A program made the position numbers and the translations under genes. Below are positions 15,101 through 27,800 of a DNA stretch of 64,000 nucleotides, piece after piece. This stretch comes from Isurus oxyrinchus (taxonomy: Eukaryota), in the NCBI GenBank assembly GCA_026770705.1, contig JANJGN010000034.1, positions 4,650,001 through 4,714,000 on the forward strand, read 5' to 3'. Under the pieces are notes generated by a model. It was given only the letters and a program-made list of their open reading frames with translations, searched no databases and was not told where the DNA came from. Every line of letters starts with the position of its first letter. Position 1 is the stretch's first letter.

Positions 15101-18100
15101 CCAAGTCCCCTTCTACAACCAACACGCAACTGCCTCCGATTTCCATTCCTCTCCCCTAAGAGGCACACCACTGTTATTAGTTCCGTCGATGGTGGTCGAC
15201 GGCTGTTTGTCTTTGTTGTGGTGGGCTGCGTTAATGGAACTGGGAAGAGGCGGTGACGGGAAGGGTCCAAACCCTGTGCGTGGATGTTTAGCTGGCTTCT
15301 GCAATGCGGGAGTAGGAATGGTGCAGCGGATGTGACGGTTTGTGCAAAGCATGATGGATTATGGCGAGTTGGCAGTTAGGAGAGCCAGAAGCTTATGGGG
15401 AACTCAAATGCAAAAAATGGATAGAAATATATTTTCAGCTATTTAAAGAAAATAAAGCACCAAATACAATTGTTAAATGCGATTGCATGCATTTCCTATC
15501 TTGCTCAAAGTTAAGAGAATCCTGGAAAAAACATTGCTTCCGACAGTGAATTTGAGGATTAGGTCCACTTCATTTGAGCACAATTTGAGAAGAAAATGGC
15601 GGTGATGAAAGATGCAGAAATTCCTCTAGATAATGGGACCAGTGATAACAAAATTTAGATCCGAGAATACTTTGGTGGAGTTGGGGCTGTGCTATTTGGC
15701 AAACAGAAGATTAGTTGGGAATTCATAGATGTGATCAAAGTTATGTAGCATATGCCCAGTGTAAATAGATAATAATGGTTTGCGTTTGTTGAAACATAAA
15801 GAACCAGGCAGCTGTTATACAGTGGTTTAAAAAAGAGCAATGGCACCAAAGGAAAACAAGGCAAGGCTTCGCAACCCCACATTGTAACTCAAAGAAGCAA
15901 TATATGGAACCATTCTGGAAAATCTGCCCTCCAATTTGCATGGGCATTAGCATCCACTCATAAGTGTGTTTTGCAGAACTGTTCCCAATCTTCAAGTTGG
16001 GACCTGACCAAAGATTTTAATAGGGTCAGCATCACGCCACTGTTTTTATATAAATATTGCATTATTTATGAAGTTCCGCACCCATGACTGTTATCAAATC
16101 ATTGTATAAACCTGCGCTACCACCTTCAAATATCGATGCACATGCACACCCAATCCCTCTGTTCCTGAATGCTCTGTGGTGAAGTCACGTTATAGGCTTT
16201 TTTTTCTTGTCCCTCATTCTTCCAAATGCATCACCTCGCTCTGACAAGTATTACATTTTTCTTGTCACCTGTCTGCATTTTCTGCCATTTCTTTCGTCAC
16301 TTCCTCTAGTGTATCAACATTTTGTTGCATGAATTTGGAATCATTTCCATTGTTTCCCATAGCTGCAAGGTTGGTATAATTGGCAAATTTTGAAAATATA
16401 GATGTTTTCATCATGAACTAGGTTATATACAGAGGGGATCCCCAAAAAATTCCCTGGCATTGATAACTTTAATGGGGTGTGGGGTGTGGTGGAGAGCGAA
16501 CCAATGACTACTCATTAACGATTAGAGAAAAAAAAAACAACCTTTCATAAGATTTACTATTATATATCCGTAAGACATTTTTATTCAGTTGTGCACTTGG
16601 CATTATATTCCCTAAACTCAATTTTGCAAACCAGACTTTAACCTGATAGCATTTTAAAGTTAACGTAAATTCCATGAAGACAGAATCCTCCACATTCCAT
16701 TCATTAATCCCCCGCCCCCACCCCGCCCACCACGCGCCCCCCGCCAGTTCATGAAAATAATTGTACTTGAACACTGAAGAACCATCTACATTTGTCAATT
16801 CCACACACTTTTACCCTAAATTAACTCAAACATCTCCAGGTGCCTTTTGATTTTTTTTTTCCATCCGGATAAATGCTTCCAAATAAAATGCTTTAGTTGC
16901 TCGGAAGGTCCTTGCATCCTTTTTTGAATAAGAATTTGATATTCATCATTGTATTACCCGCATTAATCTCCCCCACAACCAAATATGTTACATAATCAAA
17001 ACAATCACTTGTGATATCTAACTTCTAACATCCTTTACCAAGCCAGTGGACGAGGTGAATTATCTACCCTAAATGTTGCCAGGATTTCAAATAGTGCCTC
17101 TTTGACTGATGAGGCCAACAGCATATGTATCCAATCACAGTTAACATATTAGTATGTGATGTCGTCTGTCAAATTATGCTGAATGCCATTCGAATTTCTT
17201 GCTCGCACTTAGCCAGTCCTATTTGCGTCTGCTTCCCCCATCTCAGCATATTCTACTAGACTTGTTTCTGACTTGTGAACTCAGCTAGCATGCTGCATTC
17301 TCCCGTCATAATTTACCTCTTTGTTTTTTTGTTATTTGCTTATATATTTAGATACTTATTTAGAGTGGCTTCTTGATTGATTGAACGACTGATTGACTGA
17401 TTAAATGATTATTGTTTCCTCATGTTCACTATTTAGCTCCTCATCCATGAAACCACATTGTGGTTTGCTGGCACAGCGCCCTTCTGGGAATGAACTGAGA
17501 ATGCCATCAGAATCAGCTCTTCCGTAAAGATTGCATATTGTTCTGTTCATGTTTTTCTTTTCTTTCTCTGGTAACATTTTGCCTTGGCGAATTGCCTTCT
17601 CCTGGCATGGAAATACGTTATTTTTCCACATAGGACGTTTCATGTTAGATTGATTTGTGTTCTTCTCCATTACAGATCCAAATCTTATGATAGGATTATT
17701 ACTTGCATTGAAACATTTCCCCTCAGTCACTTGGTCCAGTTGGCCAACTTGCTTTCCCAGCAGCAGATGTAACATTGCTTTCTCCATTGGTGTGCCAGGA
17801 CATACTGATTCAGGAAGTTCTACGTAACATAGCTACAAAATTCATTCCTAGTCCCAGTAACATTTATCCTAACAGGATCTCAATGGATGTTTGTGTAATC
17901 GAGTTCCCAAAGTGACCACACTGCACTTGTTTCTCATCCCTGTGACTTTTCAGATAATTTCTCCTATATCACAGGCTCGCTTCCGGGGAGCAAATATAAT
18001 GCCCCAAGTACTGTGACATGAGTTTATTTTATTTTTATGATGCTGAACTCTAAACAAATTTTTTGAGTCCATGCACCTTGAAATAACTCATCCTGGACGG

Positions 18101-21100
18101 TGGCGAGTTAAATGGGCAAGTGTTGCATTTTCTGTGGTAGCTTGGGAAGGTGCTGTAGGAGGACTTGAGGAGTTGTGTGTGATGGAGGATTGAATGAGCT
18201 ATCCCAGAGGGAAGAGGCCCTACAGAAAATCATCAGTGGGTGTGGAGGGGGGAGATGTGTTTGGTTGCATTCATGCTTAAGTTGATGAAAATGTCGTAGG
18301 GTGACCCTTTCTATGCAGAGGCTAGTGGGGAGAAACTTGAGGACAAGAGGGACCCTATAATTGTTCTGGGAGGGAGTGGACATTGAATGGCAGAGGGGTG
18401 AGAGATTGGTCGGGCACGGTTGATGTCCCAAAGAATCACTAACGTTAGGAAGCCTCGGTTATTAAAGAAGGAATATGTGTCAGAAACGCTGTTATGGAAC
18501 ATTGCATCATCAGAAAAGTAGGGACAGAGGGGAAAAGACCTGAGAGAATGGCTTGGTTCCATTACAGCAAGCAAGGTGTGAGGAGCTATAATTGAGGTAA
18601 CTTTGGCAGTCGGTGGGCTTGTAATAAATATTGGTGGACAGCCTATCCCCAAAAAGTTAGACAGAGAGGAGAAGGAAGGGAAGGAAAATAAGGGCTCTGG
18701 ACGATGTGAATTAGATGGAGCGGTGGTGATTGGAATCAAAGTTGATATGTTTTGTCCAGTTGCAAACGAGAGCATTAAGCTGCACCAAAATATTTGTCGT
18801 TGTGCTGGAGATAGAGTTGTATGAGGAGGCCTGAGTAGCAAAGGACAAGGAATGTTCCACATACCCAATAAAGAGACAGGCATAATTGGGTAACCAGATC
18901 AAAAATCTTTTATTTGGATGAAGAACTTTTACAATATATCTATGCACCTGAGGTTCTCCAACCCTGGAAACAATGTCATGAAACTTCAGGTATCCTCTAA
19001 TCTCAGCATATCTTCCCTAACATTCGGAGTCAATATCTCGAAATATAGCACTCATTGAACTGCAAAGCTCTTGTTTTATGCTTTGTGAAATACTGAATGT
19101 AGCTTTCATACCTACCTGCTTTACATAGCGTTTGATAAATGTCAGGATGTTCTATGTTTTATATTCCTCATTCTCAAATTTCCTGCATCTTAAACGGCTT
19201 ATGAATATGTAAGACCAGGCCAATTTCCTCTGCCCATCAGTGGACGTATAGCCTTTATTTTTCTCCTGTCTCTGTGTTCATCCAAAAAAAGGAAGATTTG
19301 ATATTTGTTTGCATTAAGTTTCACGAGCCACGTGTTCCGTCTCTCTAAGCATTTCAGAAAATATTTGTTTTTCTTGCTAATTTTCAGAATATTTTCAAAG
19401 TTTCTTCCAAGTCCCCATCCGGCTCATTTTTTTTTAAAGTCTCCATTATTAGTACTTATCAGGAAGAGCGGGGTTAATTACACTGACCTCTGGGGAATGT
19501 CTGTATAAGTCATAATTCTTGTTGAATCACAAGCATTAGCTATTACAATTGGATTTGCGTCACTGAGTCATCATCTTACTTATGCTGCCAATCTCTCTTT
19601 TAGCCATGAGCTTTAACATACTTCATAAGTATGTTGCTCAGCATTTTAAAATAGGGCTGTTTCAAACTCATTTGCATCAACTCAACAAAATGTTCCGTTG
19701 CCTAACATACAGAAATGAGGGACTGAACGTAATACAATTTACTTAAAAATTAACCTGTTCAAAAAGTTTTGGCAAAATTTTTGACGAATTTGAACTATGC
19801 AATCGTCAAGTCAGCATAAATTTCACGATCTAAATGGGACCTGGAAAGACCACACCTTTCGACACCTAACATGAGAACATACGGGCAAGTAAATTGTTAT
19901 TAAATTGTATATAACGCTATTTGGGCTAAACATAAAGTAGAAACATTTCTGGTCATTGCATGTCAGGAAAGGTCTCACAACATTAACGAGGAGACAAAGG
20001 AGGCTTCCGAAGGTAAGGTACTAACAGGAATAAACGACTTTAGCTGTGAAATAACAATATATAGGCTGAGTTGTTTTAGATGCAAAAGAAGGGACTGATT
20101 AATGTCACGGTGTATAGAATCATGAGGGAAACACAACACGTAGTTAAGGTGGATGATTTTCTCTTTGCAAATCAACAAGGGATCATTTACTTCAATAAAC
20201 CAATCAGTATTTAAGAGGCAGTTTGGTAATGTTATTTTTTCAACCAGATTTAAATGGAGATCTGCTTTTTTAGGATGGTGTTTGGAAAAACCTTCTCCAT
20301 ATGTATCTATGTATGTATTCATTTCCTCACTTACTACTTCTCTTCAAAGACCTATTGCAAAAGAATGTGTCATTGATGTTCAGAACATCCAACAACTCTC
20401 TCCTCCCATTGAACGATCTATTTATTATCGGTTTTCTTTTTCAGAAATAGAAGAAGTGAATGTGCTTTTTGCTGAATGCAGTAAGCAGATAATGTTAAAT
20501 TCACGTGATTTAATTGTTAAATTATTAATCATGTGATAGAAAGGTTACCAACAAAGAAGGTGTTTCTTTCAATGAGTAATTCCAAAACAAGTAACCATGA
20601 ATAGATGCTCCTCACCACTATCTGCTGTAGGGATTTCAGTTGAAATTATATTGACAAGAGGTTAGAATGTGCAATTCGCTTTCCCAGGGGGTAGTCCACG
20701 TGAAGGATGCAGACATCGTTATGCAAAAGCTAAGCACTGTGGATTCACTACATAGTGCAAACAGGGTTGGATGGCTTAGAAATGAAAGGCGGGAACTGCG
20801 TTCTAAATAGAGAAGTGGAGTATATGGATAGAAATGCAATGCATTCTGATGTCAGTCATATAGCATGTTATCCTTCCGTTCACCAAGTAAAATTTATTAT
20901 TTTGTCTAATATTGCAATGTGTAGAAATATTGTGCCTTCATATTTAAGGACAGTAGCTTCCGGCTCATATTCTCCTAAAGTAGAAGCACAAAATGGGTGA
21001 TATCAACTCAGCCACTCATTAGACATACAGTATGATATTCAGTTCGTTTGCTTAATTGCATATTATTTCACGGGAAATGATCGTTGTTGACTAGGCTATC

Positions 21101-21826
21101 ATTCTTATCATCTGCCCATAATTGCTCATCAGAAGTTAATGGCGAGCTGCCTTCTTGAGCAGTGGTCCATTTGGAGCTGGTGCTTCCAAGATTCTGTATA
21201 GGAGGGAGGACAGGAATCATAATTCCAATTCACGTTTGTGTACAGGTTGAACGCTAACTTGCTGGAGAGGGTGTTTCCATGTAGCAGCTGCCCTTTTTCC
21301 TTCTAGATGGTAGGCATCGTGGGTTTGTACTTCGCTGTTAGGGACCCTTGCTGAGTTACTGCAATGGAACTTGCAATTCATACACACTGTGGCAACTATG
21401 GGTCCCTGATGGATTAAGTGGATTTTGGTGGTGGTGTGTAGGGTGCCAATCAAACGGGATTATTTTGTCCTGCGTGGTACAGAGCTTCTAGAGAGTTGAT
21501 GGTGCTATACTCATCCAGGCAACTGCACTTAACTAATGTGTTTCCAAGACCAACGAAAAAAAATTGGGTGAAGGGTGCTGGCATAGTGGTATTATCTCCT
21601 GACCAAGAAAATTCAGCTCCAGGGTAATTAATTTCGAACACCTGAACGTGTCCCACAACAGCATGCAAAATCCAACACCGTCTCCTGCAAATTGATCTCC
21701 AAGCTAAAATAGATATCAAATTAATTGCTAAACATTGTTGGAACTACATGTTTGACGGTTGAAGTTATTATTATTTCATTATATTGCAGAATGTGTACTT
21801 CAGTGGCTGTGCCAGCATCCTGTGCA

Positions 21827-21860
<34 letters not shown>

Positions 21861-24800
21861 TAGATAGATATATATGTGTATAAATATAATATATTGATCA
21901 TGATAACAGAGAGTGTGTGTGTAAATTTACTGTTAATTTTGATATTGCATTTTTTAACAAAACAAAGAAATAGAAATTCATATTTAGTTTAATTTTATTT
22001 CCGAATGTTAATCAAAATCTGGGAAGAAAGTTTTTATTTTGCCTTACGTTGTGAGCCTGATTAGATTGGGCAGGAATTCTGTGTTGTGTCTCTGAAACCA
22101 CACGACTCTGTCGATATTAGGCAGAGTTAGCATTTAAGTAATGTACCCCCAATTGAGGATTCAGAACAGCCAGGCACAGCGTCAAAATAAATGGAAGACA
22201 ATGTAGTATATAGTTGAGGATAAATGTACTTATGGACAGCATAATGAATATTTGGATGTATGTGCTACAGTGGATTATAGTTGTTCCATAACTAAATTTC
22301 ATTAATCCTGAGGTGGCTATGTGAAGTTGTAAGCAGATATATTCTCTGGTGTGTCCATATTGACGAATATTTCCGACATTGTCACCCTATAGAATCGTTG
22401 TAATAAGAACATTTTGCAATTGAATGTAACTTATTTCCCCCTCAAAATAGCTGTCCTTTCAAACCTTTATTCTCTTGATTCTCCGTCAGAATAAACTGAC
22501 GCTTCAAAAACGTTAGGGTGTAAAGGCTTAATATTTCACAGATTTGCTGATGACTGAAGAGAGTAAACCATGGCATTCAGGTCTGCCAACATTTTAACGT
22601 ATGAATTGGCTATAGATGTCATTTGTTTTTTTTTTGCTTTCAGTTTTGATGCCTGAAAGCACGTTTTCTTCTGTCGTGGCAGTATTTAATGCATAGTCGA
22701 CTTCACCATTTCCCTTTGTAATAAAAAACAGTCTAACAGCAGTGAAAATCGACGTTTGCATTTCAAAACATCGTTGAGGACGAAATATGGGCGTCCAGCA
22801 TTTCTTCTTGTTCAGCTACCTTGCCAAACAGAGAATATGTTGGTGTTTCTAAGAAATCCAACCTGAGGACTGCAAACAGAAAGTGAAGTTGTCTTACTTG
22901 ATCAGCACCACAATATAAGCAAGATTCCCCCCTCTTTATAACTTATCGAAAGTATGTACACTTAAATCGCTGGTTCATGACTCTAAATAGTTTCAAATGA
23001 TTTTCAGTCAATGAAGCAACGGATTGCGCTGTACTCTCTTGGTTAATGTTAGAAAAGCAGCAGCGAATTTGTGGGCAGCAATGCACTGGCGGCCTCAGTA
23101 TCGATTAAACAATGTATCCAATGCTGATAGTGATATTATTATTATTATTAATGTTATTATATTGTATTGAATTTTGATATAACAAAACTGTAACGTTCAC
23201 AAGCTCCGTTATGGGTACATGCGTTATTATTAACTCATTATTATTAACATTAAAATTTGTGTGGAGATGGACTATTTTTATTAGCATAACAAATAATCAC
23301 ATGGTTGCAAATCGCATATGTATAAATGTAAATATTAACTGTAAAAATATAATAATGTTTCTGCTAAATACATTCATATTTGTTGTATCGTTTTTAAAAT
23401 ATTCATTATTCCCATTTATTATTAGATTCAAAGATGAAAGAGAAGCTACAAGGTATTGGCATCAAAGTGGGAACATTTTTTATAAATATTGTTTTCCATA
23501 TTTGAGGATGATTCCTGGTTGTTGGAACATGTCTAAGCTGTAAGGAATTTCATTTTACTCTATGGGCCCTCACGTGATTGAAGTTAGCTATATGGGCTCG
23601 GCTTTGACATTCACATAACAGGCAGTTCATGATTTTTTGAGAAAAAAAATACTGAAACTGAAGGTGCAAATGGTTACATAATAACCTGCAACGCCTAACT
23701 CCGCACACACAGACACAGAAGGATGCACATGCATGGACACACAACACCTCCCCATTCAATATTGCACAAATAGTAGCACAACAAGGCCGATGCAGCAGAA
23801 AAAAAAGAGTAACATTAAGGCAGATTTGAAGAGCTGAAATTGTTGCATTCACTTTTGACTCCAGACGTTTGTAGAGTGCCAATTCCAAAGAAGAGGTGTA
23901 TTTATTGCACTTGCTTTGCATGAGAATGATGCAGCAAGGCGAGGTGAGAATGTTGAGCGGGGGAGCACAGTGGAGACTTAAACCAACAAGCCATATGAGC
24001 CTTATGGTCATACTTTTGTGACAAAAACGGGCAATCTGTATAAAAACAAAAAAAACTGCGGATGCTGGCAATCCAAAACAAAAACAGAATTACCTGGAAA
24101 AACTCAGCACGTCTGGCAGCATCGGCGGAGAAGTAAACAGTTGACGTTTCGAGTCCTCATGACCCTTCGACAGAACTTGATTTCGAGTCCAAGAAAGAGT
24201 TGAAATATAAGCTGGTTTAAGGTGTGTGTGTGGGGAGCGGAGAGATAGTGAGAGAGAGAGCTGGTTGTGTGGACAAACAAGCAGTGATAGAAGCAGATCA
24301 TCAAAAGATGTCAGCGACAATGGTACTACAGAACACATAGGTGTTAAAGTTAAAGTTGGTGATATTATCTAAACGAATGTGCTAATTAAGAATGGATGGT
24401 AGGGCACTCAAGGTACAGCTCTAGTGGGGGTGGAGAAAGCATAAAAGATCTTAAAATATTTAAAAATAATGTAAATAGGTGGGAAAATAAAAAATCTATC
24501 TAATTTATTGGGAAAAACAGGGAGGGAAAACAGAAAGGGGGTGGGGGCGGTCTGTCCGGAAGAATAACCCAAACCTCCCTGTCGCTTGCCATTTTAACAC
24601 TCCACCCTGCTGTCTTGCCCACATGTCTGTCCTTGGCTTGCTGCATTGTTCCAGTGAAGCCCAACGCAAACGGGAGGAACAACACCTCATCTTCCGACTA
24701 GGCACCTTACAGCCTTCCGGACTGAATATTGAATTCAACAACTTTAGGTCGTGAGCTCCCTCCCCCATCCCCACCCCCTTTCTGTTTCCCCCCCCCCCCC

Positions 24801-27800
24801 CCTTTTTTCCCCAATAAATTATATAGATTTTTCTTTTCCCACCTATTTCCATTATTTTTAAATATTTTAAAATCTTTTATTCTCCCTCCACCCCCACTGG
24901 AGGTGTACCTTGAGTCCCCTACCATTCATTCTTAATTAGCACATTCGTTTAGATAATATCACCAACTTTAACTTTAACACCTATGTGTTCTATTGTACCA
25001 TTGTCGCTGACATCTTTTGATGATCTGCTTCTATCACTGCTTGTTTGTCCACACAACCACCTCTCTCTCTCTCTATCTCTCCGCCCCCCACACACACACC
25101 TTAAACCAGCTTATATTTCAACTCTTTCTTGGACTCGAAATCAAGTTCTGTCGAAGGGTCATGAGGACTCGAAACGTCAACTCTTTTCTTCTCCGCCGAT
25201 GCTGCCAGACCTGCTGAGTTTTTGCAGGTAATTCTGTTTTTGTTGCGGGTAATCTGTACATTGATATCCAGTCAATGCTCATCTCACAAAGGTAGAGAAA
25301 GCCACATTGTCAGCTGCAAATTCAGCATTCTAAATTATAGGATCTAAACGTAAAACACGTTTAATTTTCAAGGATCTGAAATTGTGAGAAGGAAGAAGCT
25401 TGATAGATTTTTAGGAAAAAGGACTGTTGTTGCATCGCCTTTTTTTGTGTGGAATAGTGCGAAGAGAAAAGGGCGAGTTTCCTCAGTAGGAAGCTGAGGA
25501 TCGGAATAAAATGTTATTGATTCAATGCTGACTTCATTGTGTTAGAAAGTAGGTCAAGAACCATATGGTTGTTTCTGGAATGGCACTGCAGTTGAGCCCA
25601 TTTACCATGAAATGTTTATTGAATTCGGGGGCCGCTGGGGTGGAAGGTACCAGGAAGGGGAGGCTCAAAATTATTGTGCAAGAGGAGAGATTGGATGAGT
25701 GCAGAAATCAATGAAATATCACAGAGTGATGAACGCTTTCGCCAGATTGAAGAGGCATGACTGGGTTGGGGAGAGAGAGTGGTGGTGGTGGTGGGGGTGG
25801 GGGTGGGGGGGGGGGGGGGGGGGGCAGATAGGTGGGGGGATGGAATCCCGCAGATGAAATTGAAATAAGCTATATCAGAAGGAGTACAAAGGAAGGTTAG
25901 ATCTTTGAACAAATGTGAAGGAGGCAAAGAAGCTTAGAGATGAAACAGGATTCTTAATGGAATTGGGGTGTGAGAAAATGTAGCATGATAGATGTAGACG
26001 TGTGTATACTTGTGGTGAATGTCAGCTCATGCCCTACCTCCAGAAATGCAAGACAGAGAAGCCCTGGAAGTGAAGTAAAGGTTTGAGGTCTTTCATTTGA
26101 AGGGACAAGGTTTTTAATTAAATCTATAAATGAAATCTTGAATTCTGTGGGAAGACTAAGGAGCACTTACACAGATGTCAATACAATCGGGGGAGAAAGA
26201 AAGTGGGATGGAGCCTGAATAGGACTGGAAAGCGGCAGGCTCCATATTAGCAATAAAAATGCATGCAAACATCAAATTATTCAGGCACCCAAAGCAACAC
26301 GTTTTACTTGAACTAAGCAAGTAGCTTTGAAGGTGAAGATGTTTAAGTTGAGATAAAGTTTGACCATTCAGAGGTGGTTACTGCTGTTTGGGGACTGATT
26401 GGGACAGCTCTGCAGACACCAGCAGATTTGTCCCAGACCTTCCTTGTCGTGTATCGGTTTAGAGGTATCTGAGATTTATGGTTAGAAGGAAATGTTTAGG
26501 GCAAATAGAATTGAAATCTGATTTATTGAAGCCCTGAATTAAATGAGAGATGGATATAGATCGTTACAGTTTGGCCAAGGGGAGAAAATATGGAGCCTAA
26601 ATATGAAGACCTAATTTGAGTTGGCAGGAACTGCCTGAAGAAATGGATCATCTAGGGCTGTCACCTTGAATGGGTTTTGGAAAATAGGTAGAACTGGGAT
26701 TTTTTGGGTTGGGCACGCTGAAGATGGAAGCGGTGGATAGAAGAGATTCAGGCCAGATGATGTCAGCTACTTCAATCCACGCAATTAGTTGACATTAGTC
26801 AATGATGTCTTGGTCAATGTGTGGGCAGGATTGAAGGCTGGATGTGTAAGCATTTATGCTCTACTATCTACTGATCAGTAAGTCCCAAAAAGAGCTCCAA
26901 ATATGATGATAATTGCTTATCAACTGAGAGAACCGAGTGCCAGCAATTCTGAAGGAGATATTAAGGATTGAGCCAGGGTATCAAATGAGTTGAAAGATCA
27001 GAGGTAACGCCAGGTGTTTTCCATGTAAAGATCTAGAGAGTGTACGACCCTAGAGAGAAGAGTTCATCTCCAGGGGAACAATTTTGCAACATCTCAAACG
27101 GCTCGTGAAACAGGGAAAATTCATTGTCGAATGAGTGGAAACAGAACTGAAGGCGCAAAATTCCTAGTATTGGGGACCTGAGCGGATTAAGTGGGTTATA
27201 GAAGTTTTGTTCTCATTATTTATGTTTGGCAGCTATACCGCCTCTGTGCTTTCCTTCCTCTGCGGAAGTCAGGAAAGGATAGATATTTTACCTTACTATT
27301 TGCTGCTTTTCTGACATATTTGTTTCATTCTATTGCTGTGCTCATGCACTGCTGAAGACTGTCACTCACAGTAACTCAGGTCCTGGCAGGCCTGTATTCC
27401 TGAGCTTGCACTGTAAATTTTGAGCTTGTGTTTGTTTTATTTGAATACCAACAGTTCAACGTCTATGGAAACTTGCTACACTAGCGCAGGGGAATAGGGC
27501 AATATTAACGCTACTTTGGTCCTCAATTGTAAGGAATATAAACATGGATTCATTGCAAATCAAGAAGCCACTGTTCACTACATTGATGAGGTTAGTTGAC
27601 CAAAAATGGAATTTTTAATAAGTATTTGTATACTAGCTGGAGATTATAACAACAAGAGATGACCTCATTGACACATATTTTCTGATGAAGCTGCAAAGGG
27701 GAATACTGAAGTGCTCTTGCTTTTGTTTATAATATATACTATAGGGGTGCTGTCTATGGATATAATATTGCTCATTTTTGAGTGAGCTGTGGACGGCCGT

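Larger units (their letters stand above)
24041..25245. mobile_element. Penelope-like element A: two 5'-truncated arms in inverted orientation, 3' ends outward (junction ~24547)
   Basis: ~500-bp inverted arms. Right arm encodes the endonuclease C-terminus (PVACHFN...HLIFRLGTLQPSGLNIEFNNFRS*). TSD cgggcaatctgta (24028-24040) / cgggtaatctgta (25246-25258). Confidence 0.92.

Noticed and set aside
23550-24071. 173-aa minus-strand ORF
   Set aside because: Starts inside the PLE terminus, has intron-like Cys/Leu-rich composition and no domain.
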